DNA of 41,481 nt. Source: Paracoccaceae bacterium (GTDB lineage Bacteria > Pseudomonadota > Alphaproteobacteria > Rhodobacterales > Rhodobacteraceae). Below, one piece after another: positions 9,201-17,851 of this stretch (positions are counted from its first letter, which is position 1; every line of letters begins with the position of its first letter). The notes below the pieces were generated by a model that was not told the DNA's origin, searched no databases, and saw only the letters and a program-made list of their open reading frames with translations. The translations under genes were made by a program, and so were the position numbers. The DNA is taken from NCBI GenBank assembly GCA_046589965.1, contig JBKJVF010000232.1:1-41481 (forward strand). Direction: 5' to 3'.

Positions 9201-12200
9201 ATGCCCGCAAGTGTCTGAAAATCCGCAGCTTCGGTGTTCGAGATGCTCAGATGGCGCAATTGCACCTGCGCTTGCGTCCAAGCCAGCGTGGATGCGCGTT
9301 CAAAGGCCGACGGATCGCGGTGGCGATCCACCAGGTCCAGAAGGGCCACATGATTGTCGGCCACCATGGTCCAGAAGGTGACCCGCGCCATCCCGCCTGG
9401 CGGGACCAGGACCCGGCGGCGGATCGAAAAGATCGGGTCAAGGACTGTCCCCGTGGTGCCCGACAAAGGTTCTGTCGCCATCGCCGCCCGCGCCAGACGC
9501 CCACCTCGCCCGATGAACCGCGCGCGGTCCGTTTCGTGTTGCATGGGGGCCGTCTCGTCGCCCTCCACGACCGCAATATGGGCCGCCCAAACCTCCGGCT
9601 CGCTTGGCGAACGACGCCGGCGGGTCGCGATCAGCACCCCGAGTTCCGGCATGAAGTCGGTAACGACAAACATCTTGGAAAAGGCCGGATGCGCAAGGTC
9701 GGCCGAATGCGGGGCCAGCGCCAGTTCCATATAGGAAGTAAGGTCGATCTCGCGGGCCGTCCGGCCAGAGTTGTTCAGGGTGACACGTCGCGCCTCGGCA
9801 TCATCTTCGGCCGAAACCACCACTTCGGTCACGGATGCCAGGGTGCGTGCATGTGCGATGAAACTGGCTTGATGCTCGCTGAAGACAGCGCTGTGCAACT
9901 GGGGCACCGCACCGGTCGGCCCTGACGCCGCCGACCAGAGTTCGCGCCGTTGCGGGTCATGCAGAAAGATGAACGCGCCCAGATCGTCGACCGTCATATC
10001 GCCGCGCCAGCGGGTAACGTCGAGGTCACGCCAGCGGCTGTAGCCCGCACCCGTCGGCGTCACCATCACGCCATACCGCCCGTTGGACAAAAGATGCCCC
10101 GTCGGAAGCGCAGTGGCCGGGGCGTCGAACCGCCGGGTCCGCGGCATATCTGTCGGGTCTGCGGCCCGGATCGCGACCTCTTCGGCGCGCGGGCGCGCCA
10201 CCGCCACGTCGCGCGGCACGCGTTCCTGCAACAGCAGATCTACCGCCTGCATCATCGGGACCGCATGGAACCGGGTCCGGAACAGTCCATCCAGCGCGAC
10301 ATTGGCGATGGCGGTAATCGTCATGCCCTGATGATGCGCCATGAAGCTGCGGACAATCGCGCAGTCCTTGTCTTCCGGCAACCGGGCCGGGGTAAAATCC
10401 ACCGCCTCATAAAAACCAAAGCGCCCCTCGGCCCCCATCGCGGCAAGACGCGTGTAGTTCTGTACCGCGCCCGCAGGGTCCACCATTGCGGCAAGACCGG
10501 TGGCATAGGGCGCAATCACCAGGTTCTGGCTCAACCCACGTTTCAACCCAAGGCCCGGCACACCGAAGTTCGAATACTGGTAGGTCATTTCCAGATCACG
10601 GGCGTTGTAGGCGGACTCCGATATCCCCCACGGAACGCCATGCGCCGCACCATAAGATTGCTGACGGGCCACGATCAGCCTTGTCGTCTGGGCCAGCACC
10701 GAACCCGCCGGTGCCCGCATGACCAGCGATGGCATCAGGTATTCAAACATCGACCCCGACCACGAGATCAGCGCCGCACCGGTGCCGACGGGCGTGGCCG
10801 ATCGTCCCAGCCGGAACCAGTGCCGCGTGCGGACGTCCTTTTTTGCGATCGCGAAGAGGCTCGCCAGACGTGCTTCGGACGCCAGAAGATCATAGCAGTT
10901 GGGATCGACGGAATTGGTGGCAACTGAGTACCCGATCGACAACAGCTCTTTGTCGGGATCGAGCATAAACGCAAAGTCCATCTCCATGGCGAAGCGGTCG
11001 GCGGTGTCGGCAAGGGCAGCAAGCTGCCCCGCATGCGACGTGCCCGCACCTGGGCTTTCGGTCAGTCTTTTGACCATGGCCGCAGTCCAATAGCCAAGCT
11101 CGGTCCCCGCCCCCACAAGTGCGATGACAGCCTGATGCGCAAGTTCGGCATGCCGCAAAAGACTGTCGCGATCTGGTTCCTCCAGACTCGCGTCGATGGC
11201 ATCAAGGGCTTTGCTGCATGAGGCGCAGGCCGAGGCAAGCTTTTCGGTGCGCGCAAGTTCGATCCGCGCCAAGGCCAGCATGTCGCGCACCCCTGCAAAC
11301 AGCTGTTCGTCGCCTTGCGTCTGCACCGCCCATTCCCGGCACGATTGCGCCACCGCGATCAGATGGCCGGCCAGGTTTCCGCTATCGACGGACGACACAT
11401 AGGCCGGGTCCAGCACACGCAGGTCGGTCGTGTCGTACCAGTTGTAAAGATGGCCTCGGAACCGTTCCATCCGGCCCATCGTGTCCAGCGTTTCTTGCAG
11501 ACGTCGGATGGCGTCGGCCTCGGAAATCCAACCCATCTCGCGCGCAGCCGCCACCGACAGAAGGTATAGCCCGATATTGGTCGGCGACGTCCTGTGCGCA
11601 ATTGCGGGGTATGGGATTTCCTGAAAGTTGTCGGGCGGCAGGAAGTGGTCTTTTTCGGTCACGAAGGTTTCAAAGAAACGCCACGTGCGCCGCGCGATCA
11701 GCCGCAATGCCACAAGGTCGGTCGGGGTAATGGCATCCACGACCTTGGCGCGTTGCGGGCGGCTGATGCGTTCGGCAACCAATGGTGCCAGCGCCCAGAT
11801 AATAGCGAATGGCACAACAAGTGGCCAAACTGCCGGGTTCACGACAAGCACGACTGCTGCAGACACCAGGGCAAGTACGACCCCACCGGCCATGAACCAG
11901 TACTGCCCGACCAGCCCCGGACGACCCGACGCCCCCGCCTGTGCCGCGGTCAGCCATTCCAGAAAATGCCGCCGGGTGAAAGCCAGCCTGCGAACGGTGC
12001 GACCGATGGCATCGCCCATGCGCCACGCCTGATCGGCCAGAAACACGATGCTTAGCGTGACCTGCGCCAGCGCAAACAAGGTGTCCGAGCCCAAAGCCGC
12101 AAAATGCGGACGCAGGCTCAGCCCAAGGCGACGCGGCACGATGGCATGCGGCAAACCCAACAGCCGCGGCAATGACACCATCGCCAAGATGACAAGGGTC

Positions 12201-14683
12201 CAGATCGCCGCCTGCGTCAGGGGCAGCATCCAGCCCGCCACCAATGCGGCAAAGGTGAAGGGTCCCACCAACGAGCGGCGCAGGTTGTCGGTCATCTTCC
12301 ACAGCCCGACCGTTGGCACCCCGCCGCGCTCGGTTTTGCGCGCCCCGAAAATCCAGGGCAGCAATTGCCAGTCGCCGCGCGCCCAACGATGCTGGCGTTT
12401 AACAGCGACATCAACGCGGGCGGGGAAATCCTCGATCACCTCGATGTCCGACGCCAGCGCCGCCCGCGCAAATGTGCCTTCGAAAAGATCATGGCTCAAC
12501 ATCGTGTTGTCGGGCACCCGCCCGTCCATCGCCGCCATGAAGGCGTCAACGTCATAAATGCCCTTGCCCGTAAAGGACCCCTCACCAAAAAGGTCCTGAT
12601 AGACGTCCGATATCGCCGCCGCATATGGCTCGATCCCGCCGGGACTGGAAAAGACGCATTGATAGAGCGATCCCTCCAACCCCACGGGCAGCGCGGGCGT
12701 CACGCGCGGCTGCAAGATACCGTAGCCTTCGGTCACCCGCTGCAGGGCCGGATCGAAGATCGCTGCATTCATCGGATGCGCCATCTTGCCGATCAACGCC
12801 CGAACCGTATCACGCGGCAATCGCGTATCGGCATCCAGCGTGATGACGTATCGCACATCGGCCGGCACGCGGTCATAGCCGGCTTCAAATGTCGTGTCGG
12901 TGGCCCCGCGCAGCAGGCGGTTCAGCTCGTGCAGCTTGCCGCGCTTGCGCTCCCACCCCATCCAGACGCCTTCGGACGGGTTCCACAGCCGCCGACGGTG
13001 CAACAGCAGGAACCTGCTTCCATGCTCCATCGGATAGCGTTGGTTCAGTTGCTCCACCGCTTCGGCAGCGGTGCGGATCAGGCCGGCGTCCTGCGCCAGC
13101 GTCTCGGTGGCGGCGTCCGGGCCATCCGTCAACAGCGCATAATGGACCGCGCCATCGATGCTCGACAGATAATGGACCTCAAGCCGTTCTATCTGTTCCA
13201 GAAGGTCGCGTTCATCCGCCAGAAGGACAGGAACCGCAACCAGCGTCCGCAGGTGTCCCGGCACGCCGCCGGTCAGTTGCATTCCCGGCAAGGGATGCGG
13301 GGCGACCGTGCGCGTGACAATGTCGTTGACCAGAGCAGTCCCAAGGTCAGAAGCGGGGAAAACACCCAGAACCGCCAAAGGCAATATCATCCATAGCGGC
13401 GCGCCGACCAGCCAGAGCGCTGACAGCAAGACCACGAGTGATGCAAACGCGATGATCCCGACATAACTGCCAAGCCCCCAGGCCGCGATGGCGCGAAAGA
13501 GGCGCGACCGAAATCGCGGCACATAGGCAACTGCTGCCTCAAGGGACGCCCGGCCGCGCCCCAAAAGCACATAGCCCGGGTCTTTTTCGCGTGCAGTGGT
13601 GCCTTTCGCGGCCAGCGCCAGCACCGCGTCCACGACGGCCAGTTCATCCGGGAGGCTGCCCGCACCTTTGCCCCGCGCGACCCCGCGGGCCACTTCTTCG
13701 ATGGCCGTGCGGTAACTGTTGCGGGTCGCGAAATCCATCGCGGCAAAGTCGGATCCTTCGAGGAGCCTCGCATCGACCAGACTGACCGCCTCGAAGAACT
13801 CCGCCCAGTCAAGTTCGGAAATGACCCGCATGCTGGTGACGATATTACGCATAGTGACGTTGGACGCGCCCTGTCGCTGCAACGCGCGTTGCACAACCTC
13901 GTCAACATCGGTGCCCTGCCTGCGCAGCCGGTCTTCGAGCCACCCATGAAGCGGGGTTTCGACGGGATCCAGACCACGCAGCCGCCGCGCGAGTTGCCCC
14001 GCGATGATTTCCGGCAGCGGAGCGTTGTCATAGGCAGCAACCGCGATGTGCAACGGCATCGCGGGCCCCGATGTGCCGGTCACCCTGTCCACCAAGGCGT
14101 CAGCCTCGGCCCGCAGCGTTTGCGCTTCAGCAATCTGCACCGCCAAACGGCGCATGTTTTCAATCAGCACGATCCGCAAGGTAATCGCGACCGCCCAGAT
14201 CTCGCCGATCATCAAAGGCGTTCGTCGCTGATAGGCCTGGACGAACCGCGTCAGGACAGGGCCTGAGATCAAGCTGTCGGTATGCGCAACATAGGACCAC
14301 GCGATTGAGAAAACGCGCGGATAGCCAGCAAGATGCCCTTCGTCCAGCTTGGGCAATTGACGGTAAAAGCCAGGCGGCAAATCCTCGGTGATTTGCCGCA
14401 GCTGAAGTTCAACCAGGTGGAAATTGTCCAGCAGCCATTCAGCCGCAGGTGTGACCACCCGCCCACGCTGCAATTCGGCCGCACTCGCACGGTAGGTGGT
14501 CAGCAATATTTGGGCGTTGTGCTTGAGCCGGCGTATCAGGCTCGGCACAGGTGGGGCATTGGGCGTGACCCTCTGCGCATCGGCAAGGGTTTCGGCATGA
14601 TGCTCCAGCCGTTCAGTCCCGAAAAGATCTGCCCGTATTGGCGCTGCGTCGCGCCAGGTCGAAATGGTCTTTGCTGGTCTCAA
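6242..14683 (-). CDS. ndvB: cyclic beta-1,2-glucan synthase (NdvB/ChvB/Cgs; GT84 glycosyltransferase plus GH94 phosphorylase-like C-terminal domain)
   Basis: 2813-aa ORF. Conserved N-terminus APIRADLFGTERLEHHAETLADAQ, several TM blocks, the processive-GT motif QHRWARGDWQLLPW and a long C-terminal glycoside phosphorylase-like region. Size and architecture match the known synthases of about 2.8-2.9 k aa. The only start codon between an in-frame TAG (9 codons upstream) and the conserved N-terminus is TTG at 14683. Confidence 0.97.
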   Translation of the reverse strand: MRPAKTISTWRDAAPIRADLFGTERLEHHAETLADAQRVTPNAPPVPSLIRRLKHNAQILLTTYRASAAELQRGRVVTPAAEWLLDNFHLVELQLRQITEDLPPGFYRQLPKLDEGHLAGYPRVFSIAWSYVAHTDSLISGPVLTRFVQAYQRRTPLMIGEIWAVAITLRIVLIENMRRLAVQIAEAQTLRAEADALVDRVTGTSGPAMPLHIAVAAYDNAPLPEIIAGQLARRLRGLDPVETPLHGWLEDRLRRQGTDVDEVVQRALQRQGASNVTMRNIVTSMRVISELDWAEFFEAVSLVDARLLEGSDFAAMDFATRNSYRTAIEEVARGVARGKGAGSLPDELAVVDAVLALAAKGTTAREKDPGYVLLGRGRASLEAAVAYVPRFRSRLFRAIAAWGLGSYVGIIAFASLVVLLSALWLVGAPLWMILPLAVLGVFPASDLGTALVNDIVTRTVAPHPLPGMQLTGGVPGHLRTLVAVPVLLADERDLLEQIERLEVHYLSSIDGAVHYALLTDGPDAATETLAQDAGLIRTAAEAVEQLNQRYPMEHGSRFLLLHRRRLWNPSEGVWMGWERKRGKLHELNRLLRGATDTTFEAGYDRVPADVRYVITLDADTRLPRDTVRALIGKMAHPMNAAIFDPALQRVTEGYGILQPRVTPALPVGLEGSLYQCVFSSPGGIEPYAAAISDVYQDLFGEGSFTGKGIYDVDAFMAAMDGRVPDNTMLSHDLFEGTFARAALASDIEVIEDFPARVDVAVKRQHRWARGDWQLLPWIFGARKTERGGVPTVGLWKMTDNLRRSLVGPFTFAALVAGWMLPLTQAAIWTLVILAMVSLPRLLGLPHAIVPRRLGLSLRPHFAALGSDTLFALAQVTLSIVFLADQAWRMGDAIGRTVRRLAFTRRHFLEWLTAAQAGASGRPGLVGQYWFMAGGVVLALVSAAVVLVVNPAVWPLVVPFAIIWALAPLVAERISRPQRAKVVDAITPTDLVALRLIARRTWRFFETFVTEKDHFLPPDNFQEIPYPAIAHRTSPTNIGLYLLSVAAAREMGWISEADAIRRLQETLDTMGRMERFRGHLYNWYDTTDLRVLDPAYVSSVDSGNLAGHLIAVAQSCREWAVQTQGDEQLFAGVRDMLALARIELARTEKLASACASCSKALDAIDASLEEPDRDSLLRHAELAHQAVIALVGAGTELGYWTAAMVKRLTESPGAGTSHAGQLAALADTADRFAMEMDFAFMLDPDKELLSIGYSVATNSVDPNCYDLLASEARLASLFAIAKKDVRTRHWFRLGRSATPVGTGAALISWSGSMFEYLMPSLVMRAPAGSVLAQTTRLIVARQQSYGAAHGVPWGISESAYNARDLEMTYQYSNFGVPGLGLKRGLSQNLVIAPYATGLAAMVDPAGAVQNYTRLAAMGAEGRFGFYEAVDFTPARLPEDKDCAIVRSFMAHHQGMTITAIANVALDGLFRTRFHAVPMMQAVDLLLQERVPRDVAVARPRAEEVAIRAADPTDMPRTRRFDAPATALPTGHLLSNGRYGVMVTPTGAGYSRWRDLDVTRWRGDMTVDDLGAFIFLHDPQRRELWSAASGPTGAVPQLHSAVFSEHQASFIAHARTLASVTEVVVSAEDDAEARRVTLNNSGRTAREIDLTSYMELALAPHSADLAHPAFSKMFVVTDFMPELGVLIATRRRRSPSEPEVWAAHIAVVEGDETAPMQHETDRARFIGRGGRLARAAMATEPLSGTTGTVLDPIFSIRRRVLVPPGGMARVTFWTMVADNHVALLDLVDRHRDPSAFERASTLAWTQAQVQLRHLSISNTEAADFQTLAGMILRGDPRLRVHSGRIIAGAGPQSGLWPHSISGDLPIVLMRIDDTTDVGQVRQILAAHEYWRARQLAVDLVILNDRSSSYVQDLQIAIEAAVRTAHSRPRTEGATRTQGVVHVLRADLVTPETRALLLSVARVVLTASRGDISQQLDALPALAPLKLPEPVAMPTEPIAEPDLPELEFWNGTGGFDAGGREYVTVLKRGATTPAPWVNVIANPDFGFVVSAEGAGAVWAGNSRENLLTPWSNDPVTDAPGEAIYLRDLDSGAIWTPTALPMRGKGTYVARHGFGYSRFDYQQGGIASSMVQTVPMDAPLRITRLTLHNRSDRPRRLSVTSYAEWVLGTSRNVSAATVTTERDPETGALMARNPFAMAFPGRVAFADMGSQVHGHTCDRAEVLGTGGSMADPRGLRGEKLSGRVGAGFDPCAAQQRIVTLAPGQRVEVQLLLGQAESIEAARDLISRFRSADLDAVQDQVSAHWGDLLGSVQVKTPDRSMDILLNGWLLYQTLSCRIWARAGFYQASGAYGFRDQLQDGMALTFSRPEMTREHLLRAAGRQFPEGDVQHWWLPHSGQGVRTRISDDRVWLGFGVARYVAVSGDKAILDEMVPFLDGPQVPAGAHDSFFQPGASDQTASVWEHCARGIDQCIELTGANGMPLIGTGDWNDGMNRVGEHGQGTSVWLGWLFIRTVTMLAPLADVRDPARATRWRAHAETVRAAIEANAWDGQWYRRGTFDDGSLLGSATSDECQIDSIAQSWAVLSGAGDPARASQAMAEVGERLIRRDPGLALLFAPPFDRTALDPGYIKGYPPGLRENGGQYSHAAMWVVMAYAMLGQGDKAVDLFVILNPINHALTPDDAARYRGEPYAIAGDVYSTAPHEGRVGWSWYTGAAGWMYRAGIEGIMGLTRAGDHLVIDPTIPKAWAGVSVTVRHRGATVEVVVANPEGSGHGIAKVAINGEAAEHAGGAFNMPFADGVTRVHLTLGAAPPGAITALP

Positions 14684-14880
14684 GCCGACAGGCGCATGGT
14701 CACAGAACTATGGTCCCCGGAACGCGCGTCCCCTGTGGGGCCGGGGGTCGACTTTTCAACAGATTTGGAGCTAGTTTGGTCAATCGGTTCCGGCAAATTG
14801 ACGGCATGTCCGACGCCGTTCGCTGATCGCAACCGTAGCGCCATCTCGTTCCATTTCTTCTCGATGCTTGTCCAGTCCAT
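14680..14880 (-). CDS. small CsbD-like protein / upstream ORF translationally coupled to ndvB (66 aa)
   Basis: ATG at 14880 is preceded by GGAAGGAG with 7-nt spacing. The N-terminus MDWTSIEKKWNEM parallels the CsbD start MNWDTIEGSWKQ at 17775. Its TGA (14682..14680) overlaps the ndvB TTG (14683..14681). Confidence 0.55.
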   Translation of the reverse strand: MDWTSIEKKWNEMALRLRSANGVGHAVNLPEPIDQTSSKSVEKSTPGPTGDARSGDHSSVTMRLSA

Positions 14881-14931
14881 CAGCCACTCCTTCCAAATTT
14901 GGGAGGGGACCTCATCGTCCCGCATCAAACA

Positions 14932-14956
14932 AACGCGATGCATTCACTTTGGTTCC
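14932..14956 (-). promoter_or_regulatory. EcfG-type promoter motif GGAAC-N16-CGTT upstream of the small ORF and ndvB
   Basis: The plus strand reads aacg(14932-14935)-N16-gttcc(14952-14956). It lies 52 nt upstream of the ATG at 14880. Confidence 0.7.
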
Positions 14957-15039
14957 TGCAATGCGCGGGACATCCACAGAAAGTGCAGAGACGCTTGGTC
15001 GGCACGGCTGACGTGGGATGCCATGAAGAAAGTTCATGC

Positions 15040-15068
15040 AAAAAAAGGGGGTAGGTTTCCCCACCCCC
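15040..15068 (-). terminator. Rho-independent terminator after the DUF481 gene
   Basis: The minus strand reads GGGGGTGGGGAAACCTACCCCC followed by TTTTTTT. Confidence 0.7.
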
Positions 15069-15117
15069 AGTCATATGAAAAAGGTCGTCCTGGTAACAGA
15101 AAGTGCGACGTGTCGTC

Positions 15118-15951
15118 TTAGAAACCGTACACCAGCGAAACACCAAGTTTGTTTTCGCTGCGCACCGCACGGCTATCGTTGTATTCCGTGAGGTAGCTCA
15201 CACGGGTAGCAAACGCGTCGGACATCTGAAAATTGACGCCCAGGTCATTGTTGACCCGAAGCGCGGAGTCAGACTTCAAAACGTCGGTGTCCATCGTCGC
15301 GAAGATCGTGTCGTTGAACTTGTGATAGAACCGCGAAGACGCGATGTATCCGATCTCGGTGTCGTTGCCGCCAGCGCCGTTCTCAAGATAGCTGGCACCG
15401 ACGCCAGCCTGCAGGCGCCAGGTCGTCTGGGGCGTATTGATGACCCGGTAGCCCGGACCAAAACCGAGGAAACCGTCGGTCGCAGTCTCGGTCGCCAGCG
15501 TCGCCAAGCCATCTGTCACAACACGGCCAAGGGCGAACCCGTAGAAATTCTCGGAAAAGTAGTAGTTCGCGTCATAGACGCCGAACACGCTTTCCTCGGA
15601 TTTCACGCCGTCAGTTTCGGAAAACTCAAGGATCATGCCGATCGTCTGGACAAAGGGTCCGGACGCATGACGAATGCGAGCGCCGAGTGTGAAGTCGCTG
15701 CTATCCGATGCACCTGAAGTACCGGAATAGCCAAGCGATGCCGACCCCGACAACCCTTCGCGATACTCCGGACTGCCAAAGCGGTACTCGTCGTTTGCGC
15801 GCTCGATGTCGATGCGGGCCTGGCGCTCGATGTCGTTGATTTCATCATTCACATCACGAATGCCGGTCAATGTCGTCTGTGCCGTCGCCGTGGCCCCCGC
15901 GATCATCAAAGCGATCATCGAGATGCCTGCCAAATGTAGTGTTTTTTTCAT
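15118..15951 (-). CDS. DUF481 family outer-membrane beta-barrel protein (YdiY-like)
   Basis: Signal peptide MKKTLHLAGISMIALMIAGATATAQ. Alternating beta-strand pattern with a C-terminal ..LGVSLVYGF. AAAGGA SD. Confidence 0.8.
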   Translation of the reverse strand: MKKTLHLAGISMIALMIAGATATAQTTLTGIRDVNDEINDIERQARIDIERANDEYRFGSPEYREGLSGSASLGYSGTSGASDSSDFTLGARIRHASGPFVQTIGMILEFSETDGVKSEESVFGVYDANYYFSENFYGFALGRVVTDGLATLATETATDGFLGFGPGYRVINTPQTTWRLQAGVGASYLENGAGGNDTEIGYIASSRFYHKFNDTIFATMDTDVLKSDSALRVNNDLGVNFQMSDAFATRVSYLTEYNDSRAVRSENKLGVSLVYGF

Positions 15952-16001
15952 GCCGTCGTCCTTTCTGAACGCGAAATGCTTGCCGCGCCCTTCGCAGAGA
16001 G

Positions 16002-16026
16002 AACCGCCAGCTCGCCATTAAGTTCC
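16002..16026 (-). promoter_or_regulatory. near-consensus EcfG-type motif GGAAC-N16-GGTT upstream of the DUF481 gene
   Basis: The plus strand reads aacc(16002-16005)-N16-gttcc(16022-16026), about 50 nt upstream of the ATG at 15951. Confidence 0.5.
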
Positions 16027-16163
16027 ACACAAAGAAGAACTATTTTTCTGAGCCGACGCATGGGGTTGCCAAGAGCGAATGGTCAGCTGTCGGCGGTTTT
16101 CAACCTGGGGACCCGGGCGCAGCCAACGGTCGCCCCAGAGCACTTGGCGCCTTCGTCCGATTG

Positions 16164-16188
16164 GGAACCGTTCGCGGCGAAATCAGTT
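16164..16188 (+). promoter_or_regulatory. near-consensus EcfG-type motif GGAAC-N16-AGTT upstream of the two-domain PRC-barrel gene
   Basis: GGAAC(16164-16168)-N16-AGTT(16185-16188), about 50 nt upstream of the ATG at 16239. Confidence 0.45.
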
Positions 16189-16238
16189 GATGGTCCAAGG
16201 GCGCTCTGCCCTCCCTTATGTGAATGTGGAGATTTCTG

Positions 16239-17129
16239 ATGAAAAAACTAATGCTGACAACTGCGGTTCTGACCGCAATGACCCTGCCCGCCATGGCGCA
16301 GGACGGCGTTTTCCGTAACGAGATTACTGCTGGTGCTGTGCGGGCCTCCGACTTGATCGGCGCGCGCATCTATGCGTCCGAGGCTGCGATTGACGCCGAC
16401 GAATATGCAGGCGTCCAGGAAGGCTGGGACGACATCGGCGAGATCAATGATGTGATCATTACGCGTGAAGGCAACATCGAGGCGGTTCTGGTCGATATCG
16501 GTGGGTTCCTTGGTATGGGTGAGCGGCAAGTCGCCGTCGACATGGCTGCATTGCGCTTCGTCTCGGACGGCGCGACCGCGGATAATGCGGACGACTGGTT
16601 CGTGGTCATGAATGCGGACCGTACGATCCTCGAAGGTGCACCCGAATGGTCGATGACTGCGTCTGACATGAACGCGACCGCGACGACCAACACCGAAGCG
16701 GCAACCAATGACGCAGCGGTGACCACGGCCGAACAGACCGACCAGGCCGCCGCGACGGTCGATCCCGAGGCACCTGCCGCGGCCAATGATGGCGCGATGG
16801 CTGATGGCGCGGCCGGCAACGGCCTTGTCCGTGACGGTTACACCAGCCTGGCTGGCACCGACCTGACCGCCGACATGCTGAAAGGCGCGACCGTTTATGA
16901 CGCCGAAGATGCGAATGTCGGCGAAGTCGGCGAGTTGATCCTGAGCGAGGACGGTCAGGTTGAACAGATGGTGATCGACGTAGGTGGCTTTCTCGGCATG
17001 GGCGAAAAGCCTGTCGCCTTGGCGCTCGACCAGGTGGAGATCCTGCGTCAGAACGACGGCAACGACGTCCGCGTTTACGTGTCGCTGTCGAAAGACGAAC
17101 TTGAAGCGATGCCCGACTACAAAATGTGA
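16239..17129 (+). CDS. PRC-barrel domain protein (two PRC barrels, secreted)
   Basis: Start chosen at MKKLMLTTAVLTAMTLPAMAQ (GGAG 7 nt upstream). Two repeats of the ..VLVDIGGFLGMGERQVAV.. / ..MVIDVGGFLGMGEKPVAL.. motif are separated by an Ala/Thr/Asp-rich linker. Confidence 0.85.
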   Translation: MKKLMLTTAVLTAMTLPAMAQDGVFRNEITAGAVRASDLIGARIYASEAAIDADEYAGVQEGWDDIGEINDVIITREGNIEAVLVDIGGFLGMGERQVAVDMAALRFVSDGATADNADDWFVVMNADRTILEGAPEWSMTASDMNATATTNTEAATNDAAVTTAEQTDQAAATVDPEAPAAANDGAMADGAAGNGLVRDGYTSLAGTDLTADMLKGATVYDAEDANVGEVGELILSEDGQVEQMVIDVGGFLGMGEKPVALALDQVEILRQNDGNDVRVYVSLSKDELEAMPDYKM

Positions 17130-17152
17130 TCTGATACGGATCACGATGGAAA

Positions 17153-17176
17153 GGCCCGCATGTGGCGGGCCTTTTT
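17153..17176 (+). terminator. Rho-independent terminator after the PRC-barrel gene
   Basis: GGCCCGC-loop-GCGGGCC followed by TTTTT. Confidence 0.75.
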
Positions 17177-17212
17177 CATGCGTCGACCCCCAGACCGTCT
17201 GGCGCATGAATA

Positions 17213-17238
17213 GGGGCTGCAGGTAACCCTGCAGCCCC
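17213..17238 (-). terminator. perfect hairpin downstream of the DUF1328 gene
   Basis: GGGGCTGCAGG-taac-CCTGCAGCCCC. The U-tract is poor. Confidence 0.5.
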
Positions 17239-17266
17239 TTGCTGTATCGTCCGGTAAAGTCAGTAT

Positions 17267-17440
17267 TCAGAGCGGCGGACGTCCCCGCATCGCCCGGGCA
17301 ATCATCGCGACCACAAACAGCACGATGAACACAAAGAACAGGATTTGCGCGATTCCGGCAGACGTACCGGCTATGCCGCCAAAGCCGAGTGCGGCGGCGA
17401 TAAGCGCGATGACGAGAAAGGTCAGTGCCCAGCCCAACAT
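17267..17440 (-). CDS. DUF1328 (UPF0391) small membrane protein
   Basis: Start chosen at [25 protein letters not shown], the family hallmark, with GAGGAG SD upstream. Confidence 0.85.
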   Translation of the reverse strand: MLGWALTFLVIALIAAALGFGGIAGTSAGIAQILFFVFIVLFVVAMIARAMRGRPPL

Positions 17441-17485
17441 GGTGGTCTCCTCAGAATTGATGGCGTCAGTTGCCATTGGGTTACC

Positions 17486-17511
17486 AACGCCACAGCCTTA
17501 AGGGTGGTTCC
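17486..17511 (-). promoter_or_regulatory. EcfG-type promoter motif GGAAC-N17-CGTT upstream of the DUF1328 gene
   Basis: The plus strand reads aacg(17486-17489)-N17-gttcc(17507-17511). Confidence 0.7.
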
Positions 17512-17518
17512 GATAAAG

Positions 17519-17548
17519 AAAAAACCCCCGGCAAGGGCTGCCGGGGGT
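17519..17548 (-). terminator. Rho-independent terminator after csbD
   Basis: The minus strand reads ACCCCCGGCAGCCCTTGCCGGGGG followed by TTTTTT. Confidence 0.8.
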
Positions 17549-17577
17549 CTAACTAGATACGATCCACACTCGTTAAG

Positions 17578-17775
17578 TCAGAGGCCACGATACCAGTTGT
17601 CGACTTCCTGCTCGGCGACGTCACGGGTATGGCCATATTTCTTCTGCAACAGACCGACTATCTCATCGCGGCGGCCTTTGATGCTGCTCCACTCGTCGCC
17701 GGTAATGTCGCCCCATTTCGATTGTGCGCGACCGGCAATTTGCTTCCAGCTGCCTTCAATAGTGTCCCAATTCAT
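17578..17775 (-). CDS. csbD: CsbD family general stress protein
   Basis: MNWDTIEGSWKQIAGRAQSKWGDITGDEWSSIKGRRDEIVGLLQKKYGHTRDVAEQEV matches the CsbD family. GGAAAGGA SD. The longer ORF-track start is rejected. Confidence 0.9.
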   Translation of the reverse strand: MNWDTIEGSWKQIAGRAQSKWGDITGDEWSSIKGRRDEIVGLLQKKYGHTRDVAEQEVDNWYRGL

Positions 17776-17811
17776 ATCGGTATCCTTTCCAAAAAGCGGA
17801 TGTACCGAAAC

Positions 17812-17836
17812 AACGCGCGCGCGCAGAAAAGGTTCC
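17812..17836 (-). promoter_or_regulatory. EcfG-type promoter motif GGAAC-N16-CGTT upstream of csbD
   Basis: The plus strand reads aacg(17812-17815)-N16-gttcc(17832-17836), just after the kinase stop codon. Confidence 0.75.
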
Positions 17837-17851
17837 CCTTTGGGCGGTCCG

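Noticed and set aside
7046-13396. Many long ORFs antisense to or out of frame with ndvB, for example 7046-8431 (461 aa), 9950-10927 (325 aa) and 12365-13396 (343 aa).
   Set aside because: Their translations are Arg/Pro/Gly/Ala-rich and low in complexity, as expected for high-GC shadow frames. They lie entirely inside a gene with unmistakable NdvB homology along its whole length.
16248-17207. A 319-aa minus-strand ORF opposite the PRC-barrel gene.
   Set aside because: It is a shadow frame. The plus-strand product has a signal peptide and duplicated PRC-barrel motifs.
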